This document shows positions 47,241 to 55,111 of a stretch of 64,000 nt of DNA, piece after piece (the first letter of the stretch is position 1; every line of letters starts with the position of its first letter). The stretch spans positions 18,214 to 82,213 of the forward strand of contig JAUXGA010000011.1 in assembly GCA_030622545.1 (NCBI GenBank), given 5' to 3'. The position numbers were made by a program, and so were the translations under genes. The notes under the pieces were generated by a model, which ran no database searches, had not been told where the DNA came from, and saw only the letters and a program-made list of their open reading frames with translations. Source of the DNA: a bacterium. Lineage in GTDB: Bacteria; Electryoneota; RPQS01; DYHQ01.

Positions 47241-47779
47241 GCGCCGATGTTCTGTGGATTTTCTTTATCCAGTTCCCACCGCAGTGGATTGTCCCGAATA
47301 TATTCGCGAATCGCTGTTAGGTCTTTATCACCACGAATAACATGTTCGTAATAGTTTCGTTGCCACAGGCGCTTTCGAAATGGTGCCCAATTATGAGTCT
47401 TGACGTTACGAATATATTCATTTGTCGTCATGGTTTTAAACCATCGCACAATTTGCTGTAGGGGCGTACCCACGTGTGCGCCCGTTTTCATATCCGCAGA
47501 TCCGTCCTCTTCATCGGGTATTACAACAATCCTGTGAAAATGATTCGGCATTACGATGTGACAATCCAACTCCACATTGTATTTATCCGATAGTTTTTCC
47601 CACCAAATTTCCAACAGATGACCGGCTGTGTTTATCTTCATTTCGCCGCTAATAATTTCACCGAATAAACACAGATGATCCTGCGCACAAATAGTGATGA
47701 AATAGAAACCGGGCTGTGTATAGTCATAATCAGGTAATCGAATGGTTTTGCGTTTCGGATAATGATTTGGTGATATCAT
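47237..47779 (-). CDS. REP-associated tyrosine transposase (RAYT; IS200/IS605-like Y1 HuH transposase)
   Basis: MISPNHYPKRKTIRLPDYDYTQPGFYFITICAQDH..., HuH motif VMPNHFHRIVV, catalytic Tyr region RNYYEHVIRGDKDLTAIREYIRDNP; flanked by REPs; ORF-track N-terminal extension to 47893 rejected (translated REP). Confidence 0.75.
   Translation of the reverse strand: MISPNHYPKRKTIRLPDYDYTQPGFYFITICAQDHLCLFGEIISGEMKINTAGHLLEIWWEKLSDKYNVELDCHIVMPNHFHRIVVIPDEEDGSADMKTGAHVGTPLQQIVRWFKTMTTNEYIRNVKTHNWAPFRKRLWQRNYYEHVIRGDKDLTAIREYIRDNPLRWELDKENPQNIGA
47458..47484 (+). repeat. REP copy embedded in-frame inside the RAYT coding sequence (encodes ...KTGAHVGTPLQ...)
   Basis: gtaggggcgtacccacgtgtgcgcccg in opposite orientation to flanking REPs; lies between HuH motif and catalytic Tyr. 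Confidence 0.7.
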
Positions 47780-47795
47780 TAAAGACTCTATTCGC

Positions 47796-47821
47796 GGGCG
47801 CACACGCGGGTGCGCCCCTAC
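47796..47821 (-). repeat. REP copy 5' of RAYT gene
   Basis: gggcgcacacgcgggtgcgcccctac, same orientation as 3' cluster. Confidence 0.7.
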
Positions 47822-47918
47822 AATATGAACAGATATCTGTCCAATAGAAAGGGCCAGATGCTGGACTCTGCATATCTGGCCCTTCGAATTCACGAAAGCA
47901 AATGAAAGGAATTTCCAG

Positions 47919-49922
47919 CTACTTCATCAGCACCATTTTCTTGGAAGCCACGTAGCCGTCAGAAATCAGCGAGTAGATGTAAATTCCTGATGCCAGTTCC
48001 GAACCATCGAAAGCAATATTGTGCGTTCCAGCCGTCAGCGTCACATCGCTAAGCAGATTCGCGACTTCCTGTCCCAGCACATTGTAAACTTTCAACGTCA
48101 CCTTCGCGCGTTGACCCATATCAAACTGAATCATCGTCGTCGGGTTAAACGGATTCGGGTAGTTCTGATACAGTGCAAACCGCTCCGGCAATGCATGCGT
48201 CTCGACAGAGCCGCTCAGGTAACATTCGTCCGGCGGAAGACCGACGGAATCCCAGTGCATCGGATACCGCTCCGTATACGGCAGGGCAGGAATGTCCGCC
48301 ACGGGAATCCGCTGGTAAATCACAGGATTGAGCGTCGCCAATCCTTCTTCCTGCGGAACACCGCCCGCGTCCTTGTCCAGAACATATTCCATATGCAGAT
48401 ACCCACCCGTGACGAGTTTCGCGACCGTGATATCGCGTTCATGCAAACTTTCACCGGAAGGAACGATCTCCATCGGAGGTGTCGTGTTGGTCACGTTTGT
48501 ACCCAGCGACCACGAACAGCCGTTGTTCGTGGACATCGAGACCCAAGCATCCGCCAAAGGAATACCGCTGGATTCGCTATAGGCCAGCGTGTCATATTTC
48601 TGATAGGAACAATAGAGGTAGTTGGTCGAAGGATCAACTGCCAGACTCGGCCGCTGAGTGGTACGCTGCCACGCTCCCGGCTCATAAGCCGGCTGCCAAC
48701 CGTTAGCGACAAGGCTGCTGTAATGCGTTTGTTCATTCCAGTGCCAAATCATCGAATTAGTCGAATAGGAATACCAGCCGCTGTCGATAACGCCGCCGTT
48801 ATCCACATACCAGAAAAATGCGGGCGTCGTGAAAGCAACGTGAATGTAGTCATCTTCATCCATCAGAATCGAGCAGTCCGTGTAAACACGGAACGTATCC
48901 CGGTCGCATTCATAGGGATCACCGCCTTCATCAAGGCAAACCGGATCCCACGGCGTCCACTGGGTGACGTTGATGAAATCGCCCCAATTTAGGCCGCCGT
49001 CTTCCGAAACCATCATATAAATTTCATTGTTAATCTGACTTGCGTCAGCCAAATCATCCATGGAATGGCACCACGCAATCGCAACGCGCTCCGTGTGACG
49101 CGAGCAAGCAACATCCGGCGCAATGACCATGACATACTCAACCTCATTAAAACCGCTACAGGTCAATTCGTCCCATAGAATATCCAGTCCGAATCCATCC
49201 TGATCAAATTCCGGCACGCCTCGGGAATAATAAATCCGCTGGGGATCGCCTGCAGCGCCACTGGCGGGATTTTCGCAGGAAACCATGTGGAGAACACCGT
49301 TGATGTCCATGTCAATCTTCGGCCAGATAAGTTCCAAATCGGTCCCACCATCAAAACACCATGCCGGTTCCACAACCGTGAAAGCTTCACAATAGGCGCA
49401 ATAGTCAATCGCTGAAGTCGCGTGCGCATTGTCACCGGTTGTTTGCTGATGGAACGCCGGGAAACAGAAACCGTCGGGCGATGTCACCTGACTGATATAG
49501 CCGGCGCGCGTCGAAGCATCGATACGAATACCGATATTGGTGTACATGAAATCGCTTGTCACCGGATCCCAGACGTTGTAATAAACGTACCGGGGATTTT
49601 GTTGCGCGTTCAAACCGTTCATCCAGACGACTGAAACCATTCCGAAATCATCCGCGCTGATCATCTTTCCGGCGGTACCGTTGTGCTGATAATCATACCA
49701 GGTCGTTCCCGCTGTATCGATTGTTCCAACATAGTCATCCAAATGTTGGGACGTCGGCCGATCAGGCGCAACGCCGACGGTGATGTCGGGATCATTCGAC
49801 GTTCCGAATACAGGGAGGTTTTGGTCCATCTTCTGCTTGTGAACAACCTTGTCCGGAGCCGCCCAAAGCAGCCCGACCGCGACGACGCCCACAAGAGTGA
49901 ATACAAATAAATTCCGCAACAT
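47919..49922 (-). CDS. T9SS-CTD secreted protein, paralog of 29679..31415 product (beta-propeller/BNR-like)
   Basis: Signal peptide MLRNLFVFTLVGVVAVGLLWA (AGGAGG RBS); shared N-terminal blocks with paralog; C-terminus NYPNPFNPTTMIQFDM...IYIYSLISDGYVASKKMVLMK. Confidence 0.7.
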   Translation of the reverse strand: MLRNLFVFTLVGVVAVGLLWAAPDKVVHKQKMDQNLPVFGTSNDPDITVGVAPDRPTSQHLDDYVGTIDTAGTTWYDYQHNGTAGKMISADDFGMVSVVWMNGLNAQQNPRYVYYNVWDPVTSDFMYTNIGIRIDASTRAGYISQVTSPDGFCFPAFHQQTTGDNAHATSAIDYCAYCEAFTVVEPAWCFDGGTDLELIWPKIDMDINGVLHMVSCENPASGAAGDPQRIYYSRGVPEFDQDGFGLDILWDELTCSGFNEVEYVMVIAPDVACSRHTERVAIAWCHSMDDLADASQINNEIYMMVSEDGGLNWGDFINVTQWTPWDPVCLDEGGDPYECDRDTFRVYTDCSILMDEDDYIHVAFTTPAFFWYVDNGGVIDSGWYSYSTNSMIWHWNEQTHYSSLVANGWQPAYEPGAWQRTTQRPSLAVDPSTNYLYCSYQKYDTLAYSESSGIPLADAWVSMSTNNGCSWSLGTNVTNTTPPMEIVPSGESLHERDITVAKLVTGGYLHMEYVLDKDAGGVPQEEGLATLNPVIYQRIPVADIPALPYTERYPMHWDSVGLPPDECYLSGSVETHALPERFALYQNYPNPFNPTTMIQFDMGQRAKVTLKVYNVLGQEVANLLSDVTLTAGTHNIAFDGSELASGIYIYSLISDGYVASKKMVLMK

Positions 49923-49948
49923 GTCTCCTCCTAAAAGAGAGTCAATTT

Positions 49949-49964
49949 GGTCCCCGGAGGGACC
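49949..49964 (-). terminator. Candidate hairpin (GGTCCCTCCGGGGACC) between pilD and downstream T9SS gene
   Basis: Perfect 6-bp stem/4-nt loop followed by A/T-rich tract on minus strand; distance from pilD stop makes role uncertain. Confidence 0.3.
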
Positions 49965-50148
49965 TGTCCAACGTTTGAATTATAGAGTGAATTTCTTATT
50001 CGAGTTTTACAGAATACAGCAATTTAACATTTTACATCACAAAAGTCAAGTCCTTTCTCATGAACATGCGTTATACTCAATTCGTCAACAGCCTACTCTA
50101 ATCCATCTTCTCCTTACTGCATAGTTCTCAATTCATTAGGGACTTATT

Positions 50149-51006
50149 TCACCAGAAAATCTTGAAGAGCAAAGCGGCAATTTTGTCTCCCGCGATGAGT
50201 GCCAATGTCGTCCCTACGGAAAGGATTTCATCTCCCCAAAAAATGACCAGCGCCGTTCCCACCGAAAGAAATGGGCCGAAAATTATTGGCTTTATTTCGC
50301 GCTCACGACGCACAAGCTTCAAGAAACGCAGAATAACAAAAATGACCAGATGAAAGTTTACCACCAATCCCAAGAGACACGCCAAGAAAATCATGAAGAA
50401 CGTCATCTCCCACCCCAGAAACGTTCCCGCCATCAGACCGAAGACGATATCTCCTCCCCCCATCGTTTCCCGCTTCACAATAAAACCAAGAAGTGCCACG
50501 AATCCGAAGAAAGCCAGTCCCGATGCAGCGCCTATCAGCGAGTCTATGAACGGCAGCGTCGCTCCTAACGCCGAACCAAGCAACCCAATCGCGGTCATCG
50601 GAAACGTAATCACCCAAGGCAGCCACTGTTCTTCGATATCAATAATCGATAAGACGAGCAGTGCAACCAAGAGCAATCCATAAAAGAGCGTCGCGAGCGA
50701 CCAACCGAAACCTATCGCCGCGCCCAAGAAAAGCAATCCCGACGCGAGTTCAATCAGCGGATAGCGCACGGCTATCGGCGCGCCGCAATCCCGGCACCGA
50801 CCCCGCAATATCAAATAACTGATGACGGGAATATTATCAAAAGCCCGGACACGATGACCACAATGCGGACAACGCGACGCGGGCTTGATAAGTGATTGTT
50901 CTCGAGGCAACCTATAGATAAGGACATTTCCGAAACTGCCTAACACGGCTCCGAAAACCGCCGACCATAGATAGAGCAAGGCATTTGGAAGAGAATCCCA
51001 CGCCAT
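50149..51006 (-). CDS. pilD: Prepilin peptidase (A24 family)
   Basis: Zinc-binding CPHCGH...CRDCGAPI tetracysteine N-domain, catalytic GGGD(I)VFG region, multiple TM helices. Confidence 0.8.
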   Translation of the reverse strand: MAWDSLPNALLYLWSAVFGAVLGSFGNVLIYRLPREQSLIKPASRCPHCGHRVRAFDNIPVISYLILRGRCRDCGAPIAVRYPLIELASGLLFLGAAIGFGWSLATLFYGLLLVALLVLSIIDIEEQWLPWVITFPMTAIGLLGSALGATLPFIDSLIGAASGLAFFGFVALLGFIVKRETMGGGDIVFGLMAGTFLGWEMTFFMIFLACLLGLVVNFHLVIFVILRFLKLVRREREIKPIIFGPFLSVGTALVIFWGDEILSVGTTLALIAGDKIAALLFKIFW

Positions 51007-51009
51007 CGC

Positions 51010-52260
51010 TTACGCGCCCATCTGGACGGCACGTCCGAGCATAAAGACCGGCAGATATATCGAAATCAGAATCAGCGCAATGACGACTCCGATCATGATA
51101 ATCATGAGCGGCTCAATCAGAGATGTTAAGCGGCTGATAGTCGCGTCCACCTGCTTCTCGTAGAACTGCGCCGCTTTATTCAGAAGCTTATCCATATCGC
51201 CGGTTTCTTCGCCTGTCGCGATAAGCTGCACGAGAATTGCCGGGAAGACGCGGGTTTTTTTCAGGGAAACCGAAATGGCGTAGCCGTCTTTAATCAAGCT
51301 GCGCGCTTCACGCAGTCCCCGTGCGATGACACGATTCTCTACCACGCGTATGGCATGACCCAGCGATTCGAGTACGGGGACACCGGAACCGATGAGAATT
51401 CCGAATGTGCGCGCGAATTTATCCATCAAGGTATTGCGCACCAGTCCTCCAAAAACCGGGAAATTCAGCTTGACATTATCCCAGATATAGCCTCCGCGAG
51501 GTGTGAGCGCCGCAAACCAGAGCAGCAGCATCAATGCGATAACCAGAAAAGCGACAATAAAAAAGTGTTCCGAAATCGTATGTGAAATCGCAATGAGCAT
51601 GCGAGTCGGTCCCGGCAGCTTCGCATTAAATCGCGTATACACTTCGCTGAACCTCGGCACCACCACCAACAGCAGGAAGGTAATCACGCCCGCGAGAAAC
51701 ACCAGCGAAAAAATCGGATACGACAGCGCCGAAATCACTTTCTGCCGCGTGTCGGCCACCGTCTCCAAATACGAGGACAGCTCCTCCAAAATCACATGCA
51801 GATTTCCCGAAACTTCCCCGGCGTGAACGAGTGCGATATAGAGATTCGAAAAGACTCCCGGATGCTTCGCCATCGCTTCGGAAAGCGCATAGCCTTTTTT
51901 GAGGTCGGTCGAAACCTGCGCGAGAATTCTCTTGAAGCGCTGACTTTTTTCCTCGGCCAAAAGATTCTGAATCGATTTCTCGATGGTGAGTCCTGCTGAG
52001 AACATCGTCGAAAGCTGGCGCGTGAAAAAGACGAGTGTTTTCAAAGGGACACGGTGGCGCAGCCGGTAGATGGTTAGGCTCATCCGCTCGCCGACTGTCA
52101 TCTCATCGAACGCGACACTGCGGACTTCGCGCACCGAGACAACCTGCCCAGCCCCTTTCTTGCGAAGGGATTCCAGGGCCGCTTCATAGTTGACGGCTTT
52201 CAGACTGTCTTCAATTCGCTTCCCCGCGCTATTGCGGACAACATACGTATATGTCGGCAT
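51010..52260 (-). CDS. pilC: Type IV pilus assembly platform protein PilC / GspF family
   Basis: Two GspF-like repeats, three TM helices, conserved ...LSSGV(P)LLESL... and GEETG(D)LD(K)ML motifs. Confidence 0.85.
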   Translation of the reverse strand: MPTYTYVVRNSAGKRIEDSLKAVNYEAALESLRKKGAGQVVSVREVRSVAFDEMTVGERMSLTIYRLRHRVPLKTLVFFTRQLSTMFSAGLTIEKSIQNLLAEEKSQRFKRILAQVSTDLKKGYALSEAMAKHPGVFSNLYIALVHAGEVSGNLHVILEELSSYLETVADTRQKVISALSYPIFSLVFLAGVITFLLLVVVPRFSEVYTRFNAKLPGPTRMLIAISHTISEHFFIVAFLVIALMLLLWFAALTPRGGYIWDNVKLNFPVFGGLVRNTLMDKFARTFGILIGSGVPVLESLGHAIRVVENRVIARGLREARSLIKDGYAISVSLKKTRVFPAILVQLIATGEETGDMDKLLNKAAQFYEKQVDATISRLTSLIEPLMIIMIGVVIALILISIYLPVFMLGRAVQMGA

Positions 52261-52308
52261 CGCTACCTACCAAATTATGTTTACAACTATCCCCTGAATA
52301 GAATCATC

Positions 52309-53244
52309 TTAGTGTTGAATACTTGTAAGTATCCCATTATCGAAATAGAGATAATTTCCATCACCGTAAACCCATTGTTCTTGTTTGACTGAGGCAGAGC
52401 TGGTTCTATTGATTTCCTTAGGTTCACCCCAACTCATGCGCGCCTGCTGTGCAGTCATGCCAACAAATACCTTTGCCTTTTCAATTGCAGACCACACCTC
52501 GTTTGACCACTTGTAAGTAATTCTTGGATCTTCAGTAAGAAAACGACTTTCAAAACTCCGATAATCGGCATCTCTATAAACGTCACCAATATTTGTGTTC
52601 CCCACTTTTACATCTATAAAACCCTCTTCCTCTGACTTTGTCCGTATGATGAATCGGACAGGACTATCGTCGTCCCAGCCAGCTACAATATCAATAACCT
52701 TGACCGGTACATATTTCCTCTCTAACCATATGGAACCCTCTTCGTCTGATTCTTCATTATAGGTGGATAGATGAAAAGTTTTATACCAAAGTGTTTTCCC
52801 CAGCCATCTGGCACGCGCACTGTCTAAATCAGCTATTGGCATAATATCGGGTATAGAGCCCAGTGTGGCTTCACCAGAATAGACTTGGTTATTGTCGGTC
52901 ATCTTAATTAAGATCACGTCCAAAATGTCGCCCGTACCAAAAACCTCGACAACTGTACCAATCCGTCCTACACATTCCTCATAGGTTGGGCACCCATATT
53001 TACCTCCGCCGCCCTTAAAGCTTCGATATCCATATTTTTGAAGACCTTTTCTTCTGGGAAGAAAAATGAACTTTTCCCCGACCCAGCTCTCAATAGGCAA
53101 GAATGTAAAGGCTTCTCTCTCAGATGTATCTTTCTCTGACTTTTGCGTCCCGATGGAGCCTTCTCGTATATACGGATTTTGGGCCAAAAGAATGCCCACG
53201 TAGCAACTAAATAGCATCACACCTAAAAAAAAGAATCTATTCAT
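52309..53244 (-). CDS. Secreted hypothetical protein with C-terminal SmpA/OmlA (BamE-like) domain; AT-richer insert in pil operon
   Basis: Signal peptide MNRFFFLGVMLFSCYVGILLAQ; C-terminus KVFVGMTAQQARMSWGEPKEIN...EQWVYGDGNYLYFDNGILTSIQ resembles BamE/SmpA_OmlA fold. Confidence 0.5.
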   Translation of the reverse strand: MNRFFFLGVMLFSCYVGILLAQNPYIREGSIGTQKSEKDTSEREAFTFLPIESWVGEKFIFLPRRKGLQKYGYRSFKGGGGKYGCPTYEECVGRIGTVVEVFGTGDILDVILIKMTDNNQVYSGEATLGSIPDIMPIADLDSARARWLGKTLWYKTFHLSTYNEESDEEGSIWLERKYVPVKVIDIVAGWDDDSPVRFIIRTKSEEEGFIDVKVGNTNIGDVYRDADYRSFESRFLTEDPRITYKWSNEVWSAIEKAKVFVGMTAQQARMSWGEPKEINRTSSASVKQEQWVYGDGNYLYFDNGILTSIQH

Positions 53245-53300
53245 TGCTGTTCCTCCCCATCGTGGTACACACTATTAAACCCCCAACTCCGCAAGTCAAA

Positions 53301-55007
53301 TTAATACTCCTGCACAGTCACGCGCAGAAGCTCGTGTGGCGTTGTAATTCCGGCGTAGATTTTGTTCAGGGCGGCGTCTCGCAGCGAAATCATGCCGAGC
53401 TTCACCGCCATCTCGCGCAATTCTTCTTCGTTCGCATTTTCGAAGACAAGCCGCCGCATGGGCTGCTTCATCTCCAGAAGCTCGAAGATGCCCGTTCGTC
53501 CGTAGTAGCCGGTGTTGCGGCAATGCACACACCCGCGCCCGCGATAAAATTCTTTGTCTTTCATATCATCGCGTGTGAGTTTCATCGCTTCCAACTCGGC
53601 ATCGCTGGGGACGTAGGTTTCCTTGCATTGCGGACAAATCCTGCGCACAAGCCGCTGTGCCATGACGAGGTTCAAACATGACCCCACCAAAAACGGCGGC
53701 ACACCGATATCCAGAAGACGTGTAATCGTCGAAGGAGCGTCATTCGCGTGCACGGTCGAAAAAACCAGATGCCCCGTCAGTGAAAATTTAATGGAAATAT
53801 CCGCCGTTTCTTCATCTCGAATCTCACCGATGAGGAGCTTGTCGGGGTCTTGACGCAAAATCGAGCGCAACGCGTTGGCGAATGTTAAACCAATCTTCGG
53901 TTTCGTCTGCACCTGATTAATCCCCGCCAGATGATATTCGACCGGGTCTTCGACGGTGACGATATTATCCGCTTCGGATTTGATTTCTTTAAGCGAAGCG
54001 TAGAGTGTCGTAGATTTACCGGAACCCGTCGGGCCGGAAATAATTATCATTCCATACGGCTGACGAATCCAGCGCCGGAAAATTTTCAGCAGCTCATCGT
54101 CCATGCCAAGAGTGCTCAGGTTAAACGCAAAACCGGTTTTGTCCAGCAGACGCAGCACAATCTTTTCGCCGTTCACTGTCGGCAGAATCGACACACGCAC
54201 ATCCACTTCTTTATCCGGTGAAATAATCGTGAAGCGTCCATCCTGCGGCAGCCGCTTCTCCGCGATGTTGAGTTTGGAAAGGATTTTCACGCGGGAGATA
54301 ATTCCCGGATGCGAAGATTTCGGCGGCGTCATCACTTCCTGCAGCACACCATCAATGCGAAACCGCACCGCGACTTTCTCTTCCTGCACCTCGATATGAA
54401 TATCCGTTGCGCGCTCGCGCAGCGCATCGGCAATCATCAGATTGACCAGTTTCACCACCGGCGCATCTTCGAGACCTGCTTGAACTTTCGTCATGTCCAT
54501 CAGGCCTTCTTCTTCGGTGTCCGATTCCGTGAAGAATTGCAGATTCCCGATAACATCGGTCACTTCGCCGGCCTTGCGGATTTTGACATAGAGCTGTTCG
54601 ATGGCGTTTTCAATCACGCCGGGCGCAGCAAGTGACGCGTCGATGGACATGTTCGACAGTTTCTGAAGGTTGTCAATCGCGATAATATCATCCGGGTCAG
54701 CCATCGCGACTTTCAGCGTTCCGTCGTCAATCGCGAAGGGAATCAGACGATTCTCGCGCGCGAAGGGTTCAGGGACGATGCGCACGGCATCATCCGTGGC
54801 AACGAGAATATCATCGCTTTTCACAAACGGAACATCCCACTGCTGCGCCAGCCCGGCATAGACATCCTCTTCCACCACATAGCCCAACGCCACCAACACT
54901 TCGCCAAGCTTTTGATGCGTGTCTTTCTGACGCGACAGCGCTTCGCTGAGTTGCTTCTCGGTAATTTTTTCTTGTTCGAGAAGAATTTCGCCTATCTTTT
55001 TTCGCAT
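53301..55007 (-). CDS. pilB: Type IV pilus assembly ATPase PilB (GspE family)
   Basis: N-terminal GSPII domain, Walker A GPTGSGKSTTLYA, Asp box, Walker B, tetracysteine CPQC...CVHC zinc site. Confidence 0.9.
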   Translation of the reverse strand: MRKKIGEILLEQEKITEKQLSEALSRQKDTHQKLGEVLVALGYVVEEDVYAGLAQQWDVPFVKSDDILVATDDAVRIVPEPFARENRLIPFAIDDGTLKVAMADPDDIIAIDNLQKLSNMSIDASLAAPGVIENAIEQLYVKIRKAGEVTDVIGNLQFFTESDTEEEGLMDMTKVQAGLEDAPVVKLVNLMIADALRERATDIHIEVQEEKVAVRFRIDGVLQEVMTPPKSSHPGIISRVKILSKLNIAEKRLPQDGRFTIISPDKEVDVRVSILPTVNGEKIVLRLLDKTGFAFNLSTLGMDDELLKIFRRWIRQPYGMIIISGPTGSGKSTTLYASLKEIKSEADNIVTVEDPVEYHLAGINQVQTKPKIGLTFANALRSILRQDPDKLLIGEIRDEETADISIKFSLTGHLVFSTVHANDAPSTITRLLDIGVPPFLVGSCLNLVMAQRLVRRICPQCKETYVPSDAELEAMKLTRDDMKDKEFYRGRGCVHCRNTGYYGRTGIFELLEMKQPMRRLVFENANEEELREMAVKLGMISLRDAALNKIYAGITTPHELLRVTVQEY

Positions 55008-55111
55008 GTGAACTCTATTTCTTAATCGTTTTCCAATGATTTATTTTCCCCCGTATGCGGGGGGAGATTCATCTCGCCGAGCTGGATCACTCAGACCCAG
55101 CCGCAAAGAGA

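Noticed and set aside
47780-47893. N-terminal 38-codon extension of the RAYT ORF
   Set aside because: Contains a translated REP (VGAHPRVRP); the RAYT N-terminus aligns from MISPNHYPKRK...YDYTQPGFYFIT.
48021-48992. 323-aa plus-strand ORF
   Set aside because: Antisense to the T9SS paralog 47919..49922; Arg-rich with no motifs.
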